A model generated the notes under the pieces. The model was not told the origin of the DNA. It did not search any database and saw nothing but the letters and a program-made list of their open reading frames with translations. Both the position numbers and the translations under genes were made by a program. 64,000 nucleotides of DNA, taken from the NCBI GenBank assembly GCA_051942245.1, contig JAVECL010000028.1, positions 1 through 64,000 of the forward strand, read 5' to 3'. This document shows, piece by piece, positions 1 to 11,150 of the stretch. This DNA is from Trypethelium eluteriae. Lineage: Eukaryota. The stretch's first letter is position 1. Every line of letters begins with the position of its first letter.

Positions 1-1290
1 GAGCTGCTATTGTGAAGGAAGGATAATAAGAGGGGGCGTAGCAACGTACACAGCAGCTGACCGATGATCGAAATCAGTGATGTTTCGGGACCAGTCCTCT
101 TCCTCGTCCTCCTCGTCAGAATGACGACGAGAGCTGGGAACAGACCTGGACGGAAGGTTAGAAGACGTGTGGTGATGGAAGTGACGAGCCTGGTCCGCTG
201 GAGACGCCAACTGAGATCCCGCACGGCTTACGCGGGTAAGACCCGGAGGCGAACCGATAGAGGTGATGCTAGATGTCGAATACCTGTTGGAACGGGGATA
301 TGCAGCGGTAAGGCCGTTGTCCCTATACTCGGGGGGGGTAGTGGGCTCGCTCTGGCGTCCTCCTAGGCTGGCATGGCCAAGGCTATCGGAAAGACGTTGG
401 ATTTCATCTTCCCCGTTTTTCTGTTGCAAATCGAGAAGTGCCATTTCCGCTTCAAATCGCCGGCGTTGTTCTCGCAGGTACTCGTGTTCGAGCTTTTTCT
501 TCTCCAGCTGTATCGGCTGTTAGTGACGACACGTGCTGGACGGCATCACCTGAATCGCTTGAGGTCGAATATCGAGCCAATAGAATTAGAAAGGGACAAA
601 TGAAAGGTGTTTGCGTGACGTGATTTGTTCGAGGTTACAGATTGTTTAGGGTGGGATTCTCGTAATGCAGCTAAGACCTGAGCACAATAGCAAGAACCAT
701 TGCCAAGATGAACAGAATCAGTTTCTGTGAAGCATGCACTATTCATTATCTACTTCGAGCGATCTACATGGAGCACAGGAGTAAGGTGCAGCATGTGACT
801 CGAACAGCCAGTGTGGTGGAGCAAGAGATGACGAATACGTACAAGCTGCATTTTATGATACGTCTAAATGACAATAGGTCAGCAAATGTTTCATGCGTCT
901 TGAATCAATCTGCATGTGGACAGTGCGGGACCATTGTTGGACATAGCCTATTGTCATGGCAGAGTATGAAACGAAGAGAAGGTGGAAAAAAAGGAAAGCT
1001 GCACTCACTGTGTTTGTGTGGTCGTGAGGTTCCGCTGCCAATCTCCTCTGCTGGCCTATGGGCGAAAGTGTTGGGAGAGCGTTTGTCGTAAATCGGCGGT
1101 GGAGGCTAGTGCGCGCATCATTTGAGCTCTGTGTTTGATTGTGTGTCTGTGTGTGGATTTTGCCTGGGAAGGCCCCCCGACTTGGTGACAGCGGGGAGTT
1201 GTAGGGGAAAGGAGAATCGTCGCCGGGCGACTGGGGATTACGGAAACGGACTTCGTCGGCGCGATCGTTGATACCGTTGGAGAATGCCAT
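1..1290 (-). CDS. Probable Pumilio/PUF-family (Puf4/Mpt5-like) RNA-binding protein, 5' part only; continues beyond the window's left edge
   Basis: Exons 1290-1009, 863-843 (21-nt microexon) and 507-~50 are joined by GT..CTRAC..YAG introns. They give DARTSLHRRFTTNALPTLSPIGQQRR and TYHKMQL-LEKKKLEHEYLREQRRRFEAEM, N-terminal motifs I recall from filamentous-fungal PUF proteins. The Pumilio repeats themselves are not in the window. Confidence 0.65.
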
Positions 1291-3249
1291 GCTATATTTT
1301 TTTACAAAGATCTAGAAGGCGGAGGAGGTCAGCCAAGTTCCAATCCTCACACCTGGAATGTGGGGTCCAGGACGGGGTGGGGGAGGAGTCTCGCAGGCAG
1401 ATTCAGCAAGACGACAAAAGGGCGACAATTGGTTACCATTGGGAACAAGAAGGAGCATACCGGTACCAATACAAAGAGGCGAAGAAGGGGTTTCGTATTT
1501 GCACACTGATGCAACGGACAAGAATCGAGAAGTCGGTGGGGAGTTGCAAGGGAATTAATCCGTCGACGAGTGGCTCGATGTTGTACAGAAGCGCCTTCCC
1601 CACCGAGCACCCGCTCAAACCAAAGAGCTCCGGTGCTCCAGATGTCCGTCGTCGTTGTCGCACCTCCAGATACACGCGAATACAAAAGGAAGCAGAGAAG
1701 GCTCGAGATGGAGGAGGGAGTGACTGGGCGGAGGAGCGAGAAGCGAGTTCACACACACTGTATAGGCCCGGAGCGAGCAATTCACGGTTAGTCAGAACAT
1801 GGGGCACCGTACCGGGGCAGCTAAATCCCGCCGCGGTACGACTCCCAATTGGAGCTTTGCCATTTCTCAGTCTCTACAGTATCGGTGGGAATAACTTCAA
1901 GACGCTGACTTTTGCAGCAATTGTTGTTGGCGGCGTGGTGGATGCAGGTCTGGTTGACAGAAGTCATGCCCGAATTACTGAATTGGAATGTTGCGTCTTT
2001 GCTATCCTATCCTTTTACCTTACGCTCGAGCAACCTGTGGGTACATCACGGCGAGGGACTAAGCCACGGCAGAGCGTCTAGCCTGAGATCATCGTCGCTA
2101 CCCTCTGGAAATTATTTTCACGACTTCGTCTGTCTCTCAAGGCGTGGGCCGCCGTTCACCAACCCCGGCCTGACACGCAGCGTGCGGGATCAGTGCACTG
2201 GCATCCACAATGTTGCAAGGCATCTGATTGCTGCTGTAGCGTCGACGACAAGATGTCGGTCCGGAGCGATCAGGTCACTACCGTTACCTCAACAGCGCCG
2301 TCGCTCCTACATCGGGGCCGCAGGGCGGCAGAGTCTGGAAGGCGTGGTGGTCGAACACTAGCGTGCATTTTGGTCAGGGTCTTGCTGCGTGACGGACGGC
2401 TGCAGCTCGAAGGGTCTGATAGGCCTGGGAGGGTCTGGCAGGGTCTCCACTGAGAAGAGTGGAGGTGGTAGACACCGCAGAGATGAGAGGCGGCAGCGCG
2501 ATCGGACGCACAGGCTTCGATCTTCTCGCTGCTCGCTGTTCGCTGCTCGCTGCTCGCCGCTCTTGATCACCCCGCCTCAAACTTCCATCAGGATACTAGG
2601 AGGAAATCGGGGTGAATGTTGGGAGCTTCACCGCTTCTCGCTCTGCCGCCGTTGACGATCTGCGACGCCACCGACAGGAACCGTGAGCTAGTCGACCAGC
2701 ACTAGGACCGGCTGTGGATTGTGTGTAGCGGGTTTCTCGGACGCTGCCGAGGAGGATGGCCGTCTTGAAGAAGAGAGGGCAGGTTGGCAGGGTAGCGATG
2801 GTGGGGCATTCTAGTAGTCGCCGTGCAAGATACATACTCTAGGGGTGCTAGGATTAACTAAGTAGGTACCTACGGAGTAGGTAGGTTAGGTAGGTAGACA
2901 GGTATCAGACTTCAGACTCATCATCTCATCTTTAGCACCGGGTTGTCTCAGCGTCTTTGCAACCCTACCTAAGAGTGCTAAGAAACTCCGTACCAGGTAC
3001 TAAGGCACGGCAGACTCCAGTGGTCCCGCAGAATACTCAGCGATGCGTACATGCCAGCACAGGAGGGGCAGGATCCTGGCCATGAGTGGGAATGGTGGGG
3101 TGGGGACCCACTGGACCATCCACGCCATCGCACGAATTGTCGTGAATGCAAGAGCTGGTCCGTGCAAGGATTTTTACGGAACGAGCTCGCCGTACTAAAC
3201 CGGCGATCGTAACTTCACCCAAACTCAGTGCACGTAGAGGAGCATACAA

Positions 3250-6200
3250 ATGGCTCCAAAGAGGAAAAAGCAGGGTCCGACTGAGGTGGCTCTGACAGCA
3301 ACGGAAACTCCACAAGTGCGAATATCGTCAACACTCTCTTTTCGTACTTTGACTTAACCATAGCGTGGACAGGTCACTTCTAGGATTCCGAGCAAAAAAG
3401 CAGTAACACGAGGCAAAGACCCAACTGAATCAAGGTCGACCGACCAGACCCAAGGCTCGCATGCCATTCATGCAACGCGAAAGGCTGCTTCCAGACAGAA
3501 AACCTCACAGACTGAAGATGATGTAGGATATCCTCTACCCGCCCATTGTACGACAGCTTATTGCAAAGTAGGAGGACGCTTGGCTTAAGCCGTTTTACTA
3601 TGGCAAATCTGTCAACGACCCGATCAACACTGCAACAGTAGGTCGATGAAGTGTGAGAGTGGCAACGGAAGACTAAGGGATATAGGACAAATGGAACTTG
3701 CTCCCCGCCTTTTTGAAGGTGAAAGGTCTCGTCAAGCAGCACATCGAGTCTTTCAACTATTTTGTTGAGACCGAACTGCAAAAGATCATCGACGTTAATC
3801 GTGAGATACGGAGTGACGTCGACCACAAGTTCTTCCTGAGGTAAGTGTCATTAGGAAAAGGGTGCCAAAAGAGTCACTACTGATAGATCTCTTCTCAGAT
3901 ATGAAGCTATTCGCGTGCTGAACCCATGCCGGACCGAGGACGATCATGAATACGTACTCAACGTTAATACCTTCCAGAGCCATCCACCTTTTACACCCAA
4001 CGAGTGTCGCCTCCGAGACATGACCTACGCTGCTCCGATCGTGGTCGATATTCTGTATAAACGCGGGCGTGATACCATTCGCAAGAGGGATGTATGCATT
4101 GGTAGAATCCCAATTATGCTTCGAAGCTCGAAATGCGTTCTTGCTGGCAGGCCTGCTCGCGAAATGGGAGCACTGGGGGAATGCTCAATCGATCCTGGAG
4201 GGTATTTCGTAGTTAGAGGTCAAGAGAAGGTCATCCTCGTGCAAGAACAATTAAGCAAGAATCGCATCCTTGTCGAGTCTGTCAAGGGGATCGTGCAAGC
4301 ATCAGTGACAAGTTCTACTCATGAGCGCAAGTCCAAGAGCTACGTACTACTCAAGAAAGGACGGATATATCTACGGCACAACACTTTCAACGAAGACATT
4401 CCGATTGTTATCATTCTGAGGGCCATGGGAGTTCAATCTGATCGTGAAATGCAAACCCTCATTGCCGGAGATGTCATGGCCTACCAAGATGCATTTGCCA
4501 TCAATTTCGAAGAATCTGTAAAGTCAGGCGTCCTGACTCAGCAGCAAGCACTCGACTTCATCGGCAGTCGTCTTAAAATCGTGCGGAAGCCTGGCCAGCC
4601 TTACCGGAGAAATTATCAACAGGAAGCTCTGGAGTCACTTTCCTCCGTGATTGTTACACACGTCCCGGTCCATGACCTGAACTTCCGTCCAAAAGCTATA
4701 TACATTGCATTCATGGTTCGCCGGGTTGTCATGGCGATGCAAGATCCCAGTCTTATAGACGACAGAGACTATGTTGGGAACAAAAGACTGGAGTTGGCTG
4801 GGCAAATGTTGGCACTACTCTTCGAAGATCTCTTCAAGAGGTTCAACAATGATTTCAAATCGACGATTGACAAAGTCTTGCGAAAACCAAATAGAACATC
4901 CGAATTTGACGCTTTGCAACACATACATGTACATCTCTCAACTATTACAGGTGGTATGGAGCGTGCAATTGCAACTGGAAACTGGAATGTGACGCGCTTC
5001 AAGATGCATAGAGCCGGTGTATCTCATCTTCTCAGCCGCTTTAGCTATATCGCTGCACTCGGAATGATGACTCGCATCCAAAGCCAGTTCGAGAAGACGA
5101 GGAAAGTAAGCGGACCACGAGCGCTGCAACCTTCGCAGTTTGGTATGCTTTGCCCTTCTGATACTCCGGAAGGAGAGTCTTGTGGTCTGGTGAAGAATCT
5201 GGCCCTAATGACTCACATCACAACTGAGAATGATGAAGCTCCCGTGAAGGAGCTAGTCTTCATGCTAGGAGCAGAAGAAATTACGTCCATTACCGGCACC
5301 GAGATCTACAACGAAGGAGCGTACATCATCTTCATCAATGGCACCCCAGTTGCCATCACCCGGCACCCCAAAAAATTCCTTGACGGGTTTCGGAGGTTCC
5401 GACGAATGGGTCGCGTGTCGGAATTCATTAGCATCTACATCAATCATCACTATCATAGTGTCCACATTTCGACCGATGAGGGCCGAGTCTGTCGTCCTCT
5501 TATCGTGGTTGAGAAGGCAAGATCCAAAGTCAATACACGATTTCTACAATACCTACAGCGAGGATCCCTGGACTTTGACGACTTCCTGAACAAAGGCCTT
5601 GTGGAATACCTTGATGTCAACGAAGAAAATGACTCCAATATTGCCATTCATGAAAATGGCGAATATGGCATTAATGAAGCAACCACACATCTGGAGATTG
5701 AGCCTTTTACCATTCTCGGAGCCGTTGCTGGGCTTATCCCCTATCCTCATCACAACCAGTCCCCTCGAAACACGTACCAATGCGCCATGGGCAAACAAGC
5801 CATGGGAGCTGTTGCATACAATCAATTCACCCGTATTGACACCTTACTCTATCTTATGGTTTACCCGCAGAAGCCAATGGTGAAGACACGATCCATCGAG
5901 CTTGTCAAGTACGACAAGTTACCGGCAGGCCAGAACAGCGTGGTCGCGGTCATGTCCTACTCTGGCTACGACATCGAAGACGCACTGGTCCTCAACAAAG
6001 CAAGCTGCGACCGTGGTTTCGGCCGCTGCCAGGTCATGCGCAAAGTAAGTGTGCCGCTGAAAAAGTATGCCAATGGTGGCCGTGACCGTATCGGCGACCG
6101 TGACCCGGAGGATCCCAAGCACAAAAAACTTGGCATTGATGGCCTCGTCGAGGTCGGTATGAAGGTCGAAGACCGCGACGTCATGATCCTCAAACAGCAG

Positions 6201-7124
6201 CCTAACAACACCAGCGGTACAGGCGTAGGCTCTGATGCGGGACGCGACGAAGGCTGGAAATCAGCGCCCATCTCATACCGCCTTCCAGATCCGTGCTACG
6301 TCGACAAAGTCGTCGCCACCGCCAACGAGGGCGAGACGGATATCCTCAAAATCCTCACCCGTCAGACCCGCCGTCCGGAGGTCGGGGACAAGTTCAGCTC
6401 TCGTCATGGACAGAAGGGGGTGGTGGGCATCATCGCTGAGGAAGCCGACATGCCTTTTGACGATAAAGGCATTCGACCTGACATCATTATGAACCCACAC
6501 GGCTTTCCAAGCCGCATGACGGTGGGAAAGATGTTGGAATTGCTTTCCGGGAAAGCCGGCGTCCTCAATGGCAGCTTCGAGTACGGGACCGCGTTTGGAG
6601 GATCCGATGCCATGGATATGGGTAACCTGCTTCTTAAGTACGGGTACAGCTATTCTGGGAAAGACTTTCTGACAAGCGGTATCACGGGCGAGGCTCTGGA
6701 ATGCTATGTCTTCATGGGTCCTACGTACTATCAAAAACTGAAGCATATGGTGCAGGATAAGATGCATGCGCGACCTAAGGGCCCTCGCGCGATATTGACG
6801 AGACAGCCGACCGAGGGAAGGAGCCGGGACGGAGGGCTGAGGCTGGGAGAGATGGAAAGGGATTGCCTAATTGCGTACGGTGCAAGCCAGTTGCTGTTGG
6901 AGCGACTGATGCTGAGCAGTGACGTGCACGTGGTAGACATCTGCGAGGCTTGTGGCATGATGGGTTATGGAGGTTGGTGTCAGATGTGTAGGAAAAGCGA
7001 CAATGTGGTGAAGGTCAGGATGCCATATGCAGCTAAGTTGCTCTTACAAGAACTGCTCAGCATGAACGTGAAGGCGGCTTTACAATTAGAAGATGAGTTT
7101 CCAGCCGATACTGGATTGACATGA
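3250..7124 (+). CDS. RPC2: DNA-directed RNA polymerase III second-largest subunit
   Basis: Motifs DKWNLLPAFLKVKGLVKQHIESFNYF, QFEKTRKVSGPRALQPSQFG, GDKFSSRHGQKG, RQPTEGRSRDGGLRLGEMERD and a C-terminal CxxC...CxxC zinc site. ATG at 3250, with four short 5' introns (~3316-3363, ~3523-3571, ~3638-3685, ~3841-3898). Confidence 0.97.
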
Positions 7125-7289
7125 TACGGCATCACATGGATCTGCATATAGGTAGTGGGGAAATGTCATTAAAGATGCATCAATCGTTGTAGTGGACCCG
7201 CTAGCTTGAGGATAGGTCCTATAATGTAAAAGAAACCATTCACAGGCATTATCGTGCGCCCGTTACTTCGTTCTCCTCACATCGCTGAG

Positions 7290-7803
7290 AACCTCGTCAG
7301 TGAATAAACCCTCCCTCAATAGAAAGCCTCTTTCATGAATGAAGGCTCCCTCCATAATTGAAACACTCCCCATTAGTAGAAAACCCGTCCATCAGTGGTA
7401 AAACTATCCGCCGGTTAAAAATAACCATCCGTCAGTGGAATTCCTCCGTCAATGAAAAGCCCCTTCCATGAATGAAGGCTCCCTCCATAATTGAAAACAC
7501 CACCCATCAGTAGAAACCCGTCCATCAGTAGTAAAACTATCCGCCGGTTAAAAATACCATCCGTCAGTGAAATTCCTCAGTCAATGAAAAGCCCCTTCCA
7601 TGAATGAATGCTCCATCCATAATTGAAAACGCCGCCCATCAGTAGAAACCCCGTCCGTCAATAGAATGCCCGTCCACCAGTCGAAAACCCATCCGTCATT
7701 GAAATACCCATTCGTCGGTGAAAAATTCTCCATCAATGAAAAGACTCCCTTCTTCACCGGAAAACTGCTCCGTCAATGAACCCCCCTCCCCATCCGTGGA
7801 AAA
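7290..7803. repeat. Minisatellite of ~27 degenerate ~17-21-bp monomers with a ~132-bp (7-monomer) higher-order repeat
   Basis: Monomer consensus is about CCNTCCRTCARTGRAAA. The landmark CATGAATGAA recurs at 7334, 7467 and 7599 (spacing 133 and 132 bp). Confidence 0.9.
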
Positions 7804-7847
7804 TGGTCCCCCAAGGATTTACATTCCTTTTTGAATAGCTGTGGCGC

Positions 7848-8924
7848 TCACGGCAGGACGGTTGCGTTGGCTGGCCGTTTGTGATTGCGAGCCTCATCTT
7901 CGACTTCAAACGGGTACATGCGCAAATACCGACTGACGTTGTTAATCGTGCATAAGATCTCGAGATACTTCTTCACATTTTGCAGCACGTCCTTGTCCCT
8001 TTCTTGCTCTGGTAGACCGGATCGGAATGCAGGAATCGCAATGGCGTTATACGGCTCACTCTTCGCACTCTGGAGTGAGGTATCAATAAGTACCGTGTTC
8101 GACTGATTCCACTGTCCCGGATCTGTGATTGCAGGGAAGGAACCGCTCCAGATGTCCTTGAGTCGCTTGAAAGCCTGTACATCATCATTCAAGTCATTGT
8201 CTCGTCCCACTTTCGCGACAAGTCTTTCTTGCTGTTCGGCAGTGAGCAAATTCCTGCACATGGCGTCCGCGTTTATCTGCTTCGCGCTTGACCACACCAT
8301 GACTGCAAAGTTATCGAACAGATACTTGATGAAATCCTTGACTTGAGGACGTTTTTTGAAGCAGTCGGGGTTCTTGTAAGTCGGTCGGTAGAGGACAGTA
8401 CCATTTAGATCGATAACGATAAGTAGACGCCGGGGCTCTGTGGTACGAATGTCGGTGAGATTGGCTTCCTGTATGTACTGTGGATCTAGAACAGGGTCTG
8501 GGACAGGTTCTGGGACAGGTTCTGAAATAGGTGCTGGATGTGGACCGATCTGCCCAAAACCTGCAGTGGAAGATTAGCTTGACATGTGAGTATCTCGTCT
8601 ATTTTTCATCGTTGTCTCACGACGTTTCTTGTTTGGGGCATAGGGTTGAAGGTGTTGATCTCTAACAGGATACTGAGGGGCATGGCAAGAGAAATGCTGT
8701 AGGGCCCAATCTGTAGATACGGGAGAGGGTACATTGTATCTTATTGGCGGAGCGGCATACACAGTCTGCGTAGTCGCTGCAGCCTCGAGGTAGGGTCCTG
8801 GCAAAGCGTCTTTCACATACCTTTGCTGCCCGGGCATATCTTTGGGCACACCATGGGGAGGGTATGCTTGCGGCCCATAGGCAACAGCGTTGTGAGAATG
8901 CTCAGATTTCTGATTGCTCTGCAT
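7848..8924 (-). CDS. FCP1/NLI-interacting-factor (NIF)-like HAD-superfamily protein
   Basis: An intron at ~8561-8620 (GTGAGA..CTAAT..CAG) joins a Pro/Gln-rich exon to RRLLIVIDLNGTVLYR...FKKRPQVKDFIKYLFDNFAVMVWSSA...WNQSNTVLIDTS...EPYNAIAIPAF. The start ATG is tentative. Confidence 0.8.
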
Positions 8925-9481
8925 CCTAGTAATCTGTGGGTAGTTCAAAGAGCGACCTGCGGAGGCTCAGTTGGAGAAGCGTCAACGAATGAAAGGAAGT
9001 TGAAAAGGCAGAGAAGGCCACGGTAAAATAAGTTAGGCGTGGCGTGGTGTGTTGTGAGTGAAAACAACTTGGAAGCTTAGTTCGAATAGTGAAGACGCGA
9101 CGCTACGCGGGGCGGGGCATGCATATTGGCAATGACGCCATTGATGGCATTCACCGCATTCACCGCATTGACGAATTGGTGGTCGGCCCGTGCGATGACT
9201 TTGCTGACTCATCATGCCCTCACTCGTGGTGCGTCGACAGTGCAAGTGCTCGCACGGAGGAAGTGGTTCGGGACGGCTTCAAGTCTGGTTGCAGCCTTCA
9301 TGAGCTGTCCGGAATGGAAATTCAGGTAGCAGCCCGTACGATCATCTATTGTCTTCTCGCGCTTGTTCTCTCTCAAACTTCGAAGGTAACTTAAGATATT
9401 CCTGGGGATTCTCTTTGACGTGGAGAGGCCAAATTGTCGAAAAATTTACCACGCCCTCGATCTCAAAGCAGCCTCGGCAAG

Positions 9482-10615
9482 ATGCTACTTTCGTCTAAAC
9501 TGAACAAGCCATTGATGGCTCAGCTGCACGACTCCGGTGACGATGCGCACCCGGAAGAACCAAGATTAGGTAGCCGACACGCCTTGGCCTCCAGCGACCA
9601 TCACCGTATTGATCCCAATTTTGAGGAGTATAGATACGATGAAGGTGCAGAAGATGAATTTAAACCAACCTATCCAGCAGCCAACGAAGAGAACTGGTCG
9701 GACAATGATTCTGGACTGGATAGGACTGTCCAGCACCAGTTGGATGGCATAACTTTCGGCGCCTTGGCTCGCGCTCATCAAACTTTACAAGGAAGCCCAG
9801 CTCGCAAACGCAAAAGGGAGTGGGAGCTGGAGGATGATCACGAGGAGAAGATGAAGGCTTTGCGCGATCGATTACAGGATATGAAGAATTCCAAGTCCAA
9901 GAAACCGTCATCCGTTCTAACAGAAAATGTTGGAAGATTGAATCCCCGACCAAAGGGTTCCGACCACATCGAGAGATCCGACAAAAAGTCCACATCGCCC
10001 TCATTTGTCGATGAAGCAGCAGACCTGGCAGTCTCTCGATCATCCAAGCACGCCCCAGCTGTTCAATCATCCAAGCGGCCTGTTCCTCGCAGCCGCAACG
10101 TCGTCACCGTCTCAAGTTCAAAGGGGAAGGCTCTCGATCCACGCTTCTCCACCCTCAGTGGGCCAGCGTCCGACTTGACCAAGCTCAGGTGGCGTTACGC
10201 GTTCCTCGATGACTACCGACGCACCGAGATGGAGGAGCTCCGGGATGCGATAGGCTCAGATAAGAAGGAATCGGATGGACAGCGACAGAGGAAGAAGGGG
10301 CTCGCACAGGTGGATGAGGAAACCAGGGGGCGCCTCAAGACCGAGCTAGGGCGGATGGAAAATCGAGCGCGAGCAGAGATCGAGAAGGAAAGGCAGGAGC
10401 GGGTAACGCGTGAGTGGAAGCGAAAGGAACGAGAGAAGGTTCAGCACGGCAAAAAACCGTATTACTTGAAGAACAGCGAGAAGAGAAAGTTAGCACTGGC
10501 AGATAGGTTCGAGAATTTGAAGGGGAAGGAGCGGGAGAAGGCAATGCGGAAGAAGAGCAAGAAGCAAGGAGAGAGGGAGAAGAGGAACATGCCAATGGCG
10601 AGAAGAGTGGCGTGA
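9482..10615 (+). CDS. RRP36: rRNA biogenesis protein Rrp36 (DUF947)
   Basis: Motifs RSSKHAPAVQSSKRPV, DPRF, YAFLDDYR..E and GKKPYYLKNSEKRK, plus a basic C-terminus; intronless. Confidence 0.9.
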   Translation: MLLSSKLNKPLMAQLHDSGDDAHPEEPRLGSRHALASSDHHRIDPNFEEYRYDEGAEDEFKPTYPAANEENWSDNDSGLDRTVQHQLDGITFGALARAHQTLQGSPARKRKREWELEDDHEEKMKALRDRLQDMKNSKSKKPSSVLTENVGRLNPRPKGSDHIERSDKKSTSPSFVDEAADLAVSRSSKHAPAVQSSKRPVPRSRNVVTVSSSKGKALDPRFSTLSGPASDLTKLRWRYAFLDDYRRTEMEELRDAIGSDKKESDGQRQRKKGLAQVDEETRGRLKTELGRMENRARAEIEKERQERVTREWKRKEREKVQHGKKPYYLKNSEKRKLALADRFENLKGKEREKAMRKKSKKQGEREKRNMPMARRVA

Positions 10616-11150
10616 TCAGACCTGTAAACCATCCAGATAAGGGGGAGGGGGGGACCATTTCGGAGGTTTCGCCAGTTTCATTGCAGAAGATCGTCTTCAC
10701 ACAGTGTAAAAATGGGTGGCTTCAGTCGCTGTTCGTCCGACATTTCAGTGACTGCACTATATTCAGCGGTATAATCGACAAATGCCAACAATACTTATGC
10801 ATCGTCACATCATTCGCAAATGTTTTCATCCCCTATTTAAGAGTTTAGAAATTAAGACAGACACATCGTAAAACGCCCAATAATCTTTAGCCCAGTTGGA
10901 AAGCTTCCTGCCTTGCCTGAAAGATCATCCTCCAAAGTGTCGGAGCAGGTCCGACCACGTCGAGATTGCTCAAATACCGTAATCCTTGCTCCGCAAAAGG
11001 TGGTATATTGATATAGTGAGTGAGAGAATGGAAAAGGTAAGTGAGTGGGAGAAGAGAATGACATATCTCTCATGTCTTTCGTAGAAGTATTCGCCTAAGA
11101 GTGCGGAATATCGTGGGAGGGAGAGGGAGAAAAAGCCAAGCAAGCAGATA

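Noticed and set aside
1284..2081. 265-aa plus-strand ORF
   Set aside because: It is antisense to the PUF-like gene's 5' leader, whose splice signals are on the minus strand, and shows no recognisable protein features.
7290..7803. Repeat array as a CRISPR array
   Set aside because: The monomers are contiguous and degenerate with no unique spacers, the context is eukaryotic, and there are no cas genes.
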